DNA of 64,000 nt from an uncultured Acidobacteriota bacterium (GTDB lineage Bacteria; Acidobacteriota; Vicinamibacteria; Vicinamibacterales; CAVVIG01): the NCBI GenBank assembly GCA_902825985.1, contig CADEDC010000019.1, positions 14,137 through 78,136 on the forward strand, in the 5' to 3' direction. Made by a program: the position numbers and the translations under genes. Every line of letters starts with the position of its first letter. Position 1 is the first letter of the stretch. This document shows, piece by piece, positions 42,388 through 51,334 of the stretch. The notes beneath the pieces are model-generated. The model saw nothing but the letters and a program-made list of their open reading frames with translations. It made no database searches and was not told the DNA's origin.

Positions 42388-44186
42388 GCCTTCGTCTCCT
42401 TCCACTCCGGTTGCGCCGACTTCTCGAGCACGAACGGCCCGAGCACCAGCACGTCGATATTCGTGCGCATGAAACAGCGATAGGCGTCCTCGGGCGTGCA
42501 CACGATCGGTTCGCCGCGGACGTTGAACGACGTGTTGACCACCACCGGGCAGCCGGTGCGCGTCTCGAAGGCCTTGATCAGGTGATAGTACGAGCCGTTG
42601 GCCTCGGGCGTGACCGTCTGAATCCGCGCCGAGTAGTCGATGTGCGTCACCGCCGGGATGTCCGACCGCGGCACGTTCAGCTTGTCGATCCCCCACAGCT
42701 GATGCTGCGCGGCGGTCAGCGGGATGCACCGCTCCTTCTTCACCGGCGCCACCAGCAGCATGTAGGGCGAGTCGCTGTCGTGCTCGAAGTAGTCGGCCAC
42801 CCGCTCGCGCAGCACCGACGGCGCGAACGGCCGGAAGCCCTCGCGGAACTTGATCTTGATGTTCATGTCGGTCTGCATCTTCGGACTGCGCGGGTCGCCG
42901 AGGATGCTGCGGGCGCCGAGGGCGCGCGGGCCGAACTCCATGCGGCCGTCGAACCAGCCGACGATCTTCTCGTCCGCCAGGTGCCCGGCGACGTGGTCGA
43001 AGCGTTCGGGATCGGAGAAGCGGCGGTAGCCGGCGTTGACCGACTTCAGGTAGCTCTCGATCTGTTCGGGCGTGAACTGCGGGCCGAGGTACGAGGCGCG
43101 CATCGCATCGCGGCCCGGCACGACGGTGCGCGGCTGCTTGAAGTGGCGATAGTGAATCAGCTGGGCGACGCCGAGCGCGCCGCCGGCGTCGCCCGACGCC
43201 GGCTGGATCCAGACGTGCTTGAACGGCCCTTCGCGGAGCAGCCGGCCGTTGCCGACGCAGTTCAGCGCCACGCCGCCGGCGAGGCACAGGTTCTCGCTGC
43301 CCGTGCGCTTGTGGGCGGTGCGCGCCATGCGCAGCATGATCTCCTCGCAGACCGCCTGCACCGAACGGGCGAGGTCCATCTCCTTCTGGGTCAGCTTCGA
43401 TTCCGGCACGCGGGCCGGACCGCCGAACAGATCGGCGAACGCCTCGTTGGTCATCGTCAGGCCGGTCAGGTAGTTGAAGTACTTCTGATTCAGCCGGAAC
43501 GAGCCGTCCTCCCTGAGATCGAGCAGCTCCTTGTAGATCAGATCGACGTACTTGGGCTCGCCGTACGGCGCCAGCCCCATCACCTTGTACTCGCCGGAGT
43601 TCACCTTGAAGCCCGTGTAATAGGTGAACGCCGAATACAGCAGCCCCAGCGAGTCGGGCCAGTGCAACTCGTCGAGGATCTCGAGGGTGCTGCCGCGTCC
43701 GGCGCCGATCGACGCCGTCGCCCACTCGCCGACGCCGTCCATCGTGAGCACGGCGGCCTGCTCGAACGGCGACGGGAAGAAGGCGCTGGCCGCGTGCGCT
43801 TCGTGGTGCTCGGAGTAGAGAATCGGACCGCTGTAGCCGAGCTCCTGCTGCAGCGTCTTGTCGATGTAGAGCTTCTCCTTGATCCACAGCGGCCCGGCCA
43901 TCAGGAAGGACTGGAAGCCGCGTGGCACGACGCCGAGGTAGGTCTCGAGGATGCGCTCGAACTTCAGCAACGGCTTGTCGTAGAAGCCGACCGCCGCGAG
44001 GTCTGACACGGCGATCCCCGCCTCGCCGAGGCAGAAGCGCACCGCCTCGTGCGGGAAGCCGCTGTCGCCCTTCTTGCGGGTGAAGCGCTCCTCCTGTCCC
44101 GCCGCGACGATCTCACCGTTGCGCAGGAGGGCGGCTGCGCTGTCGTGGTAGAAGGCCGAGATGCCGAGAATGTATCGATCGCTCAT
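42360..44186 (-). CDS. Carbamoyltransferase (NodU/CmcH/TobZ family)
   Basis: 'ILGISAFYHDSAAALL...EERFTRKK', 'EHHEAHAASAF', 'GWFDGRMEFGPRALGARSIL', 'KFREGFRPFAPSV', 'VVVNTSFNVRGEPIVCTP'. Confidence 0.9.
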   Translation of the reverse strand: MSDRYILGISAFYHDSAAALLRNGEIVAAGQEERFTRKKGDSGFPHEAVRFCLGEAGIAVSDLAAVGFYDKPLLKFERILETYLGVVPRGFQSFLMAGPLWIKEKLYIDKTLQQELGYSGPILYSEHHEAHAASAFFPSPFEQAAVLTMDGVGEWATASIGAGRGSTLEILDELHWPDSLGLLYSAFTYYTGFKVNSGEYKVMGLAPYGEPKYVDLIYKELLDLREDGSFRLNQKYFNYLTGLTMTNEAFADLFGGPARVPESKLTQKEMDLARSVQAVCEEIMLRMARTAHKRTGSENLCLAGGVALNCVGNGRLLREGPFKHVWIQPASGDAGGALGVAQLIHYRHFKQPRTVVPGRDAMRASYLGPQFTPEQIESYLKSVNAGYRRFSDPERFDHVAGHLADEKIVGWFDGRMEFGPRALGARSILGDPRSPKMQTDMNIKIKFREGFRPFAPSVLRERVADYFEHDSDSPYMLLVAPVKKERCIPLTAAQHQLWGIDKLNVPRSDIPAVTHIDYSARIQTVTPEANGSYYHLIKAFETRTGCPVVVNTSFNVRGEPIVCTPEDAYRCFMRTNIDVLVLGPFVLEKSAQPEWKETKAWQDEFQLD

Positions 44187-44238
44187 TGTGTGTATGCCGC
44201 CAGTCACGCCGGGAGACGTTGCTCACATCGAAGTCTGA

Positions 44239-45228
44239 TCACAGCTGTTCCGGTTGGGAGCCGAGCCACGGGCCGGCGCGGACCGACAGCCAGTAGCGGA
44301 CGTAGTGCGCCGTCATGCGCAGCCGCCGGAGCACCAGGTACGGCAACAGGTACAGCTTGTGGCGTGCGATCGACTCGCCCAGGTAGACCTCGAGCGGCGA
44401 CATCCGGAACGACAGGAAATCGCGCATCGTGAGGTGAGGCAGCGCCGCGCCGGCGAGCGGCGTCTGCCGGTACACGGCCTGCCACAGCCTGGCGTAGCGG
44501 CGCGGACAGCCGGCGTGCCACGGTCGCGGCGGCCCGTTGAAGTGCAGGATCCGCACGTCGTCGGCCGGCAGGTTCGCCCCGAACCGCTTGTACATCCAGG
44601 TGTCGACGCCGTGGTAGTTCCACTTGCGGTCGAGCGGCAGGAACTCGGCGCCGTCGACCGCGGTGAACGGCTCCTGGTCGACGTGGAACGTCCGGTGGGT
44701 CGAGACGTAGGTCAGGCAGCGGTTCGTGAGGTCGCGCCGGTTCCACTCGTGCACGTCGTAGACGATGACGCCGGTGTTGGGACTGGTCGCATCGTAGTCG
44801 GGCACGCAGGCGCACGGCCGGCCGCCCAGGTCGGTCGCCCACAGCTCCATGACGTCGCCGACGACCAGCGTGTCGGCGTCGATGAACAGCAGCCGTGGAT
44901 GCTGACGCAGGATGTCCGGCAGCAGCAGCGTCGCCACCGTCTCGATGTTGTTCCACTGCGGCGCGTCGCACAGCAACGGCGGGATGCGATAGTCGAACGG
45001 CCGCACGTCGACCGACACCTGGCGCACCGCCGACCGGGCGCAGAGCGCCAGCATCGCCGCGTCGGCGTCCGACAGCACGGCGTCGTGAAACACGTAGATG
45101 CGGAGCGCCTGGCCGGCGGCCGCCGGCGACGCCTCGAACCGGCGCACCAGGGACGTGAGCGACACCGCGCACGGCAGCAGGAACGCCTGGTTCACCGAGT
45201 AGGCGACGACCACCTCGCTCACGCGCAA
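44239..45228 (-). CDS. Glycosyltransferase family 8
   Basis: 'VVVAYSVNQAFLLPCAVSLTSL', DxD 'LLFIDADTLVVGDVMELW' and 'ILHFNGPPRPW'. Confidence 0.8.
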   Translation of the reverse strand: MRVSEVVVAYSVNQAFLLPCAVSLTSLVRRFEASPAAAGQALRIYVFHDAVLSDADAAMLALCARSAVRQVSVDVRPFDYRIPPLLCDAPQWNNIETVATLLLPDILRQHPRLLFIDADTLVVGDVMELWATDLGGRPCACVPDYDATSPNTGVIVYDVHEWNRRDLTNRCLTYVSTHRTFHVDQEPFTAVDGAEFLPLDRKWNYHGVDTWMYKRFGANLPADDVRILHFNGPPRPWHAGCPRRYARLWQAVYRQTPLAGAALPHLTMRDFLSFRMSPLEVYLGESIARHKLYLLPYLVLRRLRMTAHYVRYWLSVRAGPWLGSQPEQL

Positions 45229-46379
45229 TCCCCCGTCGCGGGAGGATCGGGCGCCGTGGTGTCGATCCAGGCCGGCTGCCGTCTGGCCTGCAGCGTCTCA
45301 CGGTAGAGGCCGGTGTAGCGCCGCGCCATCGCCTCGCCGGTGAGGCTCGCCGCGTAGTCGGCAGCCGCGGCGCCGCCGAGCCGGTGCCGCAGCGCCGCGT
45401 CGTCGAGCGCCCGCGCGAGCGCGTCGGCGAGCGCCTCGGCGTTCCGGGCCGGCACCAGGAGGGCGGTTTCCCCATCCTTCAAGACGGACGGATTCTCGCC
45501 GACCGACGTCGCGACGATCGGCCTGCCGCACGCCATCGCCTCGAGGATCACCACCGACATCGCCTCCCAGTAGGAACTCTGGACGAAGATGTCGAAGGTC
45601 GGCAGCAGCGCCGTGGCAGCGTCGCTGCGCCAGCCGGTGAACTCGACACAGTCGGCGAGTCCGAGCTGCGTCCGCAGCGTCTCGAGTTCGGCGCGCATGC
45701 CGCCTTCGCCGACGATCACCAGCCGAAACCGCTGACCGCGCTGCTTCAGCAGCGCCATCGCCTCGAGCAGGGTCGGCACGCCCTTCTGCGGCCCGAGCGT
45801 GCTCATGCTGCCGATGAGCGGCACCGCCGGCACGACGCGCAGCGGCGGCGCCACCGCCTTGCGATCGACGCCGTTCCAGATCGTCCGGATGCGCGCCGGC
45901 GCCAGCCGCAACGTGCGGATGATCGAGTCACGCTGGGCGTTGCCGACCGCCACGAGCTGATCCGGCACGCGCGCGAACAGCCCTTCCATCACCAGGTGCT
46001 TGCGCGTCACGAACGGATAGTTGCCGAAGTGGAAGGTGTGCACGTGCGAGAAGCTGCCGTCGCGCAGGCGCGCCAGGCCGACGTCGATCAGCGACCGCAG
46101 ATCGTGCGTGTGCACGATGTCCACCGCCCGCTCCCGTATCAGATCCAGCACCCGGCGATGGGACGCCAGCCCGGAGGCACCCGCCGCGATCTGGCTGATG
46201 ACCTCGAAGCCGTCGGCTTCGAGGTCGCGTTGCACCTCGCCGCCCTTGTGGATGACCGCCACGGTCACCCGGCACCCGCACCGCCGCAGATGACGCGCCA
46301 GCGTGCCGATGACCTGTTCGGCGCCGCCGCCGAACAGCCCGCCGTTGGTCAGCATCACGTGAGGCATCCGCGCAGGCAT
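45219..46379 (-). CDS. Glycosyltransferase family 4
   Basis: 'GGAEQVIGTLARHL', 'IGSMSTLGPQKGVPTLL' and 'VQSSYWEAMSVVILEAMACGRPIVATSVGENPSVL'. The track ORF to 47564 is an over-extension. Confidence 0.8.
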   Translation of the reverse strand: MPARMPHVMLTNGGLFGGGAEQVIGTLARHLRRCGCRVTVAVIHKGGEVQRDLEADGFEVISQIAAGASGLASHRRVLDLIRERAVDIVHTHDLRSLIDVGLARLRDGSFSHVHTFHFGNYPFVTRKHLVMEGLFARVPDQLVAVGNAQRDSIIRTLRLAPARIRTIWNGVDRKAVAPPLRVVPAVPLIGSMSTLGPQKGVPTLLEAMALLKQRGQRFRLVIVGEGGMRAELETLRTQLGLADCVEFTGWRSDAATALLPTFDIFVQSSYWEAMSVVILEAMACGRPIVATSVGENPSVLKDGETALLVPARNAEALADALARALDDAALRHRLGGAAAADYAASLTGEAMARRYTGLYRETLQARRQPAWIDTTAPDPPATGDCA

Positions 46380-46390
46380 CCTCGGCAGGC

Positions 46391-47890
46391 TCACTTGGTC
46401 AGGACGAACTGGCTCATCACCAGGACGTCGAGGCCGGTGCCGTAGAACACACGAACCCCGTCGCGCGGGCTGCAGACGATCGGCTCGTGGAGGCCATTGA
46501 ACGACGTGTTGACGAGGAACGGCAGACCGGTGACGTCGCGGAAACGCTCGATGAGGCGGCGGAAGCGCGGCGCGCCGGCCTGCGACACCGCGTGGATGCG
46601 CACCGCGGCGCCCGGGCTCGGCAGCAGGTGGCGGAACGGTTCGCCGTCGCGCGGCAGGTAGTCGCACTCCATGAACGGCGCGTCCCGTGGCCCGTCGAAG
46701 TAGCGGGCGACGTCCTCCGCCAGGCCGCTGAGCGCGTAGCCGCGCCACGGCTCGCGCTGCTTGAGGAAGCGATTGAGGTTGTCCAGCACGTACGGCGACG
46801 CCGGATTGGCGAGGATGCAGCGAGCGCCCAGCGCCCGCGGTCCCCATTCCATCGCGCCGTCGAACCAGCCGACGAGGCGGCCGTGCCGCAGCGCCTCCAC
46901 CGCGATGTCGAGCGCGCTGCCGTCGGATTCCCACGTATAGCGCAACTTGCAGTTGTCGAGCACCTGCTTCATCTCGTCCGGCGTGTAGGCCGGGCCGAGA
47001 AACGGTGATGCGAGCGCCGGCGCGGCGCCGCTGCCATGCAGCGCGGCGCCGACCGCGAGGCCGCTGTTGCCCGGATCGATGGGGATGAAGACCTCCTCGA
47101 AGGTGCCGGCCTGACGAACACGCGTGTTCATCGCCGAGTGGTAGAACAGGCTGCCACCGAGGCACACTCTGGTCGCGCCGGTACGCGTCCGCACCTGCTC
47201 GAGGAAAGCGACCAGCACATCGCCCAGGTGGGCCTGCAGCGCAGCGGCGAGGGTCGCGACCTCGGGCCGGCCCGGCGTCATCGACGGCAGCCAGCCGGCG
47301 AGGCGCGATTCGAGCGCCGGATCGACCTGCAGTCCGTCGGCACCGAGGGTGATCAGGCCGGCGACCCGGGCGTCGCGCGCCGCCGGCTGCAGCCGCGCCA
47401 TCGCCTCGAAACGCTGCGTCGCGGTCTCGGACTGGAAACCGAACGCCGCCGCAATCCGCGAGAACACGTCGGCGAGGCTCGGACCGGTCCATGGCCAGTC
47501 GACGGCCGAGACGGCAGCGCCTTCCCCCTGCCAGACCGAGATGCCGGGCGCCTCGTGATCGCAAATCACGATCGCCGCTGCCGCGAACGGCGACGTCAGG
47601 TAGGCCGCGCAGGCGTGCGCGAAATGATGGTCGATCGGCTCGGCGCCGGCACGGCAGGGGGCGCCGTCGCGGATCGTCGCGACGACCTGCCGGGTGACGT
47701 CGCCGGACGAGTAGTGCGACCGTTCGAGCAGCAGCTTCAGCGCCGCGTCGGCGAACGCGGCATCACCGGTGACGCGGCCGCCGCGAACGCGGGCGAGACG
47801 CTCCTCGGCGCACACGCCGACCAGCCCCGCCTCGGTGGCGATGGCGGCCGACGCGTTTCGCGTTCCTCCACCGAATCCAGCGACTACCAC
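46391..47890 (-). CDS. Divergent carbamoyltransferase-family paralog
   Basis: 'DHHFAHACAAYLTSPF', 'GWFDGAMEWGPRALGARCILANP' and 'FLVNTSFNGLHEPIVCSP' are retained. N-terminal 'FYHDSAAAL' is replaced by 'GTRNASAAI', and 'FRPFAPS' by 'WRGYALS'. GTG 47890 is preceded by GGGAG. ATG 48055 lies upstream of the predicted promoter. Confidence 0.6.
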   Translation of the reverse strand: MVVAGFGGGTRNASAAIATEAGLVGVCAEERLARVRGGRVTGDAAFADAALKLLLERSHYSSGDVTRQVVATIRDGAPCRAGAEPIDHHFAHACAAYLTSPFAAAAIVICDHEAPGISVWQGEGAAVSAVDWPWTGPSLADVFSRIAAAFGFQSETATQRFEAMARLQPAARDARVAGLITLGADGLQVDPALESRLAGWLPSMTPGRPEVATLAAALQAHLGDVLVAFLEQVRTRTGATRVCLGGSLFYHSAMNTRVRQAGTFEEVFIPIDPGNSGLAVGAALHGSGAAPALASPFLGPAYTPDEMKQVLDNCKLRYTWESDGSALDIAVEALRHGRLVGWFDGAMEWGPRALGARCILANPASPYVLDNLNRFLKQREPWRGYALSGLAEDVARYFDGPRDAPFMECDYLPRDGEPFRHLLPSPGAAVRIHAVSQAGAPRFRRLIERFRDVTGLPFLVNTSFNGLHEPIVCSPRDGVRVFYGTGLDVLVMSQFVLTK

Positions 47891-48000
47891 GGTCTCGCTC
47901 CCGAAAATCCCTTCCAGCCCCGGCCCTGGATGCCGTGCGCGCCCTGCGCCGACATGCACTTCACGCGACGGCCGTTGTCCCCGGCGACCTCTGCCACAGA

Positions 48001-48016
48001 GGCAAGACCTGAGCCA
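48001..48016 (-). promoter_or_regulatory. Sigma54-type -24/-12 promoter candidate (minus strand TGGCTC-AGGTC-TTGCC)
   Basis: TGGC and TTGC with exact GG-N10-GC spacing. Intergenic, about 110 nt upstream of GTG 47890. Confidence 0.45.
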
Positions 48017-48092
48017 GCCTCGGCGCTCCATCGTGATGGAGTTGCGGCCGTTCACTCACGTCGTAGAGGCGGTGTCTTCGAATTGTGGCAAC

Positions 48093-48116
48093 AAAGTCGT
48101 CTCGGGGGCTGACCTT
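48093..48116. promoter_or_regulatory. Imperfect copy of the WWAGTC-N12-GACTWW repeat (AAAGTC-N12-GACCTT)
   Basis: 76 nt upstream of the 48001-48016 element. One mismatch in the right arm. Confidence 0.25.
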
Positions 48117-48163
48117 TGTCCCGTTGCAGTCTACCGTCAGACGGTGGCGTCACCGCAACTTGC

Positions 48164-49225
48164 TCAGCGTTGCACGCCGGCCGCTCCGGCGAGACGCCGC
48201 ACCAGGCTCGATCGCAGGTCGGCCGCCGCCCGGACCAGACCGCGAACCGATACCGGGTAGAGCGCCAGGACACCATGATCGCGCCGCTCCGGATGCCAGC
48301 GGTCCTGCCACGCCTCCGACGACCCCAGGAACTCGTACCCCTCCAGGCCCTGTTCGAACGCCGCCTGAATCGAGGTGTGCACCAGCTGCAGCCCCGGTCC
48401 GTGCGCGGCCAGCGCCTCCACGTAAGCCAGCTTGAGCCCCCAGATCCGCCGGTGCGCGACAACCGCCAGTTCCATGGCCACGGCCGTGGACCCGGCCATC
48501 AGCGTGGAAACCCGGAGTCGACCGCGGCCGGCGGCCCGCTCGCCGTACGCCAGGAAGAAGCCCCGCAGGTCGGCCCGGTCCGCCAGCGAGGAGCCGCGGC
48601 GCCCCTTCCACCCGGTGGCTTCGATCCGTGCCAGCCGTTCCAGCACGCCGGCGACGGCGTCCGGTGACGGCGTGTCGACGGTGACATCCACGGCGCCGGC
48701 CGCCGCGGCCAGTGCCGCCCGCTGGCGCTCCAGGCCGCGCCGCGTCCGGCTGGAGAGCCCCGCGAGAAAGTCGGCCCAGGAACCGCGCACCTCGACCACG
48801 TTCGACGATCCCGCCGGCCGATCGATGGTGATCGCCCGCCCTCCGGCGTTTCGTCGGACGGCGTGGACGAACGGGCCGTCGTGCGGCACCCGCTCGAAGA
48901 CGCTCGGCTGTCGGCACCGGATGAGTTCGAGGGCGAGGGCGTCGGCTGCAGCGTCCGACGCGAACAGGCAGCCCGACGGTTCGTAGAGCGCCGCGGCGCC
49001 GAGCAGCGCCAGCCGTCGCCGGCGCCGGTCCACCGCCAGCGGCGCCGCCGCCACGAGCCGCCCGTTGTCGCGAACCGCGACGACGTGCAGGTCGCGCTCG
49101 TCGTGCAGCGCCGCCGCGCATGCCATCTGCCAGTCATGTTCGAGCAGCGGCGAGCCGTGGCGCGCCGCCAGCGCGTCCCAGTCGTCGCGCACCGCCTGCA
49201 AGGCTTCGGTCGAGCGAATCAGCAT
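48164..49225 (-). CDS. CelD/FemAB-like GNAT-fold acyl/aminoacyl transferase
   Basis: 'ALQAVRDDWDALAARHGSPLLEHDWQMACAAAL...HGPGLQLVHTSIQAAFEQGLEGYEFLGSSEAWQDRW'. Same architecture as 50150-51325 and the C-half of 14987-17359. Confidence 0.7.
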   Translation of the reverse strand: MLIRSTEALQAVRDDWDALAARHGSPLLEHDWQMACAAALHDERDLHVVAVRDNGRLVAAAPLAVDRRRRRLALLGAAALYEPSGCLFASDAAADALALELIRCRQPSVFERVPHDGPFVHAVRRNAGGRAITIDRPAGSSNVVEVRGSWADFLAGLSSRTRRGLERQRAALAAAAGAVDVTVDTPSPDAVAGVLERLARIEATGWKGRRGSSLADRADLRGFFLAYGERAAGRGRLRVSTLMAGSTAVAMELAVVAHRRIWGLKLAYVEALAAHGPGLQLVHTSIQAAFEQGLEGYEFLGSSEAWQDRWHPERRDHGVLALYPVSVRGLVRAAADLRSSLVRRLAGAAGVQR

Positions 49226-49229
49226 CGCC

Positions 49230-50153
49230 TCAGCGCAGCCCCGCGGCCACCGCCTTCAGTGTGGCATCCTGCTCGAGCAGCGTGCGGGCCCGCGCCGCCT
49301 CGCGGCTGTCCGGCGCCTCCACAATCTGCTGCCGCAGGTGCCGGATGCCGTCCTCCACCCGTCCCTGTTTCAGCACCACCAGCGCGAGGTGATAGTGGAT
49401 GCAGTAGATGCCCGGCTTCCTCCGGTAGGCGTCGGTCAGCCGGGCGTACGCCTCATCGGTCCGGCCGGCGTGATAGAGCGCCCAGCCGTAGGTGTCCAGC
49501 GCATCGGCATCGTCGGGCTCCATGGTCACCGCCCGTTCGGCCCAGGCGACTGCCGCTGCCGGGTCGCCGACGCCGGACTCGATCTCCACCCACGCCAGGC
49601 CGTTGTACAGGCCAGCCGTCGCCATGCCGCCGGCCAGTGCCCGCTGGTAGGCGTCGCGTGCCTCGCGGAACCGGCCGGCCGATTCCAGCCGCAAGCCGTA
49701 CTTGTAGTCCCGGGAGTCGAGGTACGAGCGATACGTGACGCCGAGACCGGCAAGGATGGCGACCGCTGTGATGGCGTAGCCGACGGTTCGGCGGTGGCGG
49801 CGGAGCAGCAGGCCGAGACCGCAGGCGATGCCGGCGGCCGCCGCCATCAGGTCGGCGGCTTCGACGCTGCGGTTCGGTACCCAGATCTGCTGGATCTCGT
49901 CCAGGACCGCGACCAGCCCGGTGACTGCGATGGCCGCCAGCGTCGCCGTCCGATCGCTCGCGACGACCGTGCGCGCCACTACCCGCACGAACAGGACAAT
50001 CGCGCACGACTGGACGAAGTGGAGCAGCTTGTCGACGCCGGGCAGGTAGAGGAGCAGCCGATCGAGCTGCTGGCCGCCGAGGTCTTCGAGCACGAACAGG
50101 GCAGCGAGGCCGCCGACCCCGGCCAGCGCCAGCAGTGCGACGCGCCGGTTCAC
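49230..50153 (-). CDS. Fusion: VanZ-like membrane domain + TPR repeats
   Basis: 'DKLLHFVQSCAIVLF...VLDEIQQIWVPNRSVEAADLMAAAAG', then TPR-like 'YNGLAWVEIESG...ALDTYGWALYHAGRTDEA'. GTG start in a GTGA overlap with the upstream stop. Confidence 0.65.
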   Translation of the reverse strand: MNRRVALLALAGVGGLAALFVLEDLGGQQLDRLLLYLPGVDKLLHFVQSCAIVLFVRVVARTVVASDRTATLAAIAVTGLVAVLDEIQQIWVPNRSVEAADLMAAAAGIACGLGLLLRRHRRTVGYAITAVAILAGLGVTYRSYLDSRDYKYGLRLESAGRFREARDAYQRALAGGMATAGLYNGLAWVEIESGVGDPAAAVAWAERAVTMEPDDADALDTYGWALYHAGRTDEAYARLTDAYRRKPGIYCIHYHLALVVLKQGRVEDGIRHLRQQIVEAPDSREAARARTLLEQDATLKAVAAGLR

Positions 50154-51325
50154 GAGCCCGCCTCCGGTGCCTTCTGGGCTCGCGCGTCCTGGTGGCACAC
50201 CGCCGCCGGCGGCGGGACGGCGTGGCGCAGCCGCTCGACGAATTCGAGCGCCCGCGATCGCACGGTCCCGGAGAACAGCGTCACGACCCGATGCCAGCGC
50301 ACGGTGTCGGTCCACTGACGCTCCCACTCGTACGGCGCTCCCGGGAAATCGAACTGTCCGACGCCGCGGCCGATCAGGCCGTCGATGAGGCGCGCCCGGA
50401 GATAGGTGGCCGGGCTGACGCTCTTCAGCGTCTCGTCGAAACTGGTCTTCAGGTAGAAGTAGGTGCCGGCGTGGACGTAGCCGAAGTTGTGCGCGATCGG
50501 CCGACCGTCCAGCGTCAGCCACTGCAGGTGCAGCCGCCCGCGCGCGAGCGCATCGCGGCCCAGGTCGCGATAGAAACCGATCTGCCGCGGCACGGCGGTG
50601 ACCGCGGTCCCGTGATTCTGCTTCCAGCTTGCCCGCTCGATGTCGAGCAGCTGCTCGTAGGCGGCGTCGAAATCGCCGGTCGACGTCAGCTCGTGCACGG
50701 CGACGCGTCCGAGCGACTCGAGCTTGCGCTCGATCCGTTTCAGGTAGTTCCGGAACTTGCTGCTGCGCGCCGACAGGTAGGCGCCGTAGGATGCCGGCAA
50801 CGCAAGGAAGTATGACGGATCGCCGCGGCGATCGTGGTGCAGCAGCCGCCGGCGCGTCAGCGCGTCGCGCAGCGTCGCCGTCAGCGGGTCGTCTTCGAGC
50901 AGGCGTGCCATGCGGAAGCAGTCCCAGGACGCCTCGAGCGCCAGGAGCGTGTCGAGGACGCCGTCGACCACCGCGGCGCTCGGCTCGGCCAGCAACCAGT
51001 CGCTGTGCGTGTTGTACTCGTCGGTGAGCGGTGCCAGCAGCGTGACCGGCTGACGCATCACGTGCACGCGCCGCAACACCAGCGGTACGAGGGCGACCGC
51101 GGCGCCCGCCCGCACGCCGCGGATCAGGAACAGCGCGTCGTCGCGCTGCCGGTGATGGGCCAGCGCCGCCTGCGTCCACTCCCAGGATGCGGACGGCTGG
51201 TGGTCGCGGCCGGCGAACAGCGCGTCCCAGTCGGCGCGCAATCCCGCCAGCTCGCGCCGGTCCGTGACCACCTCGAAGTGGATGGCGGCGGCGTGAGCGG
51301 GCGTGGACGCGCGCACGGTGGCCAA
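50150..51325 (-). CDS. CelD/FemAB-like GNAT-fold acyl/aminoacyl transferase
   Basis: 'LAGLRADWDALFAGRDHQPSASWEWTQAAL...SPATYLRARLIDGLIGRGVGQFDFPGAPYEWERQW'. Confidence 0.7.
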   Translation of the reverse strand: MATVRASTPAHAAAIHFEVVTDRRELAGLRADWDALFAGRDHQPSASWEWTQAALAHHRQRDDALFLIRGVRAGAAVALVPLVLRRVHVMRQPVTLLAPLTDEYNTHSDWLLAEPSAAVVDGVLDTLLALEASWDCFRMARLLEDDPLTATLRDALTRRRLLHHDRRGDPSYFLALPASYGAYLSARSSKFRNYLKRIERKLESLGRVAVHELTSTGDFDAAYEQLLDIERASWKQNHGTAVTAVPRQIGFYRDLGRDALARGRLHLQWLTLDGRPIAHNFGYVHAGTYFYLKTSFDETLKSVSPATYLRARLIDGLIGRGVGQFDFPGAPYEWERQWTDTVRWHRVVTLFSGTVRSRALEFVERLRHAVPPPAAVCHQDARAQKAPEAGS

Positions 51326-51334
51326 TCCTGCCAG

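Noticed and set aside
46391-48055. ATG 48055 as the start of the divergent carbamoyltransferase.
   Set aside because: The extra 55 residues ('MNGRNSITMERRGWLRSCLCGRGRRGQRPS...') are Arg-rich junk with no counterpart in the family. They also overlap the predicted sigma54 element and palindrome. GTG 47890 with GGGAG upstream fits the family N-terminus.
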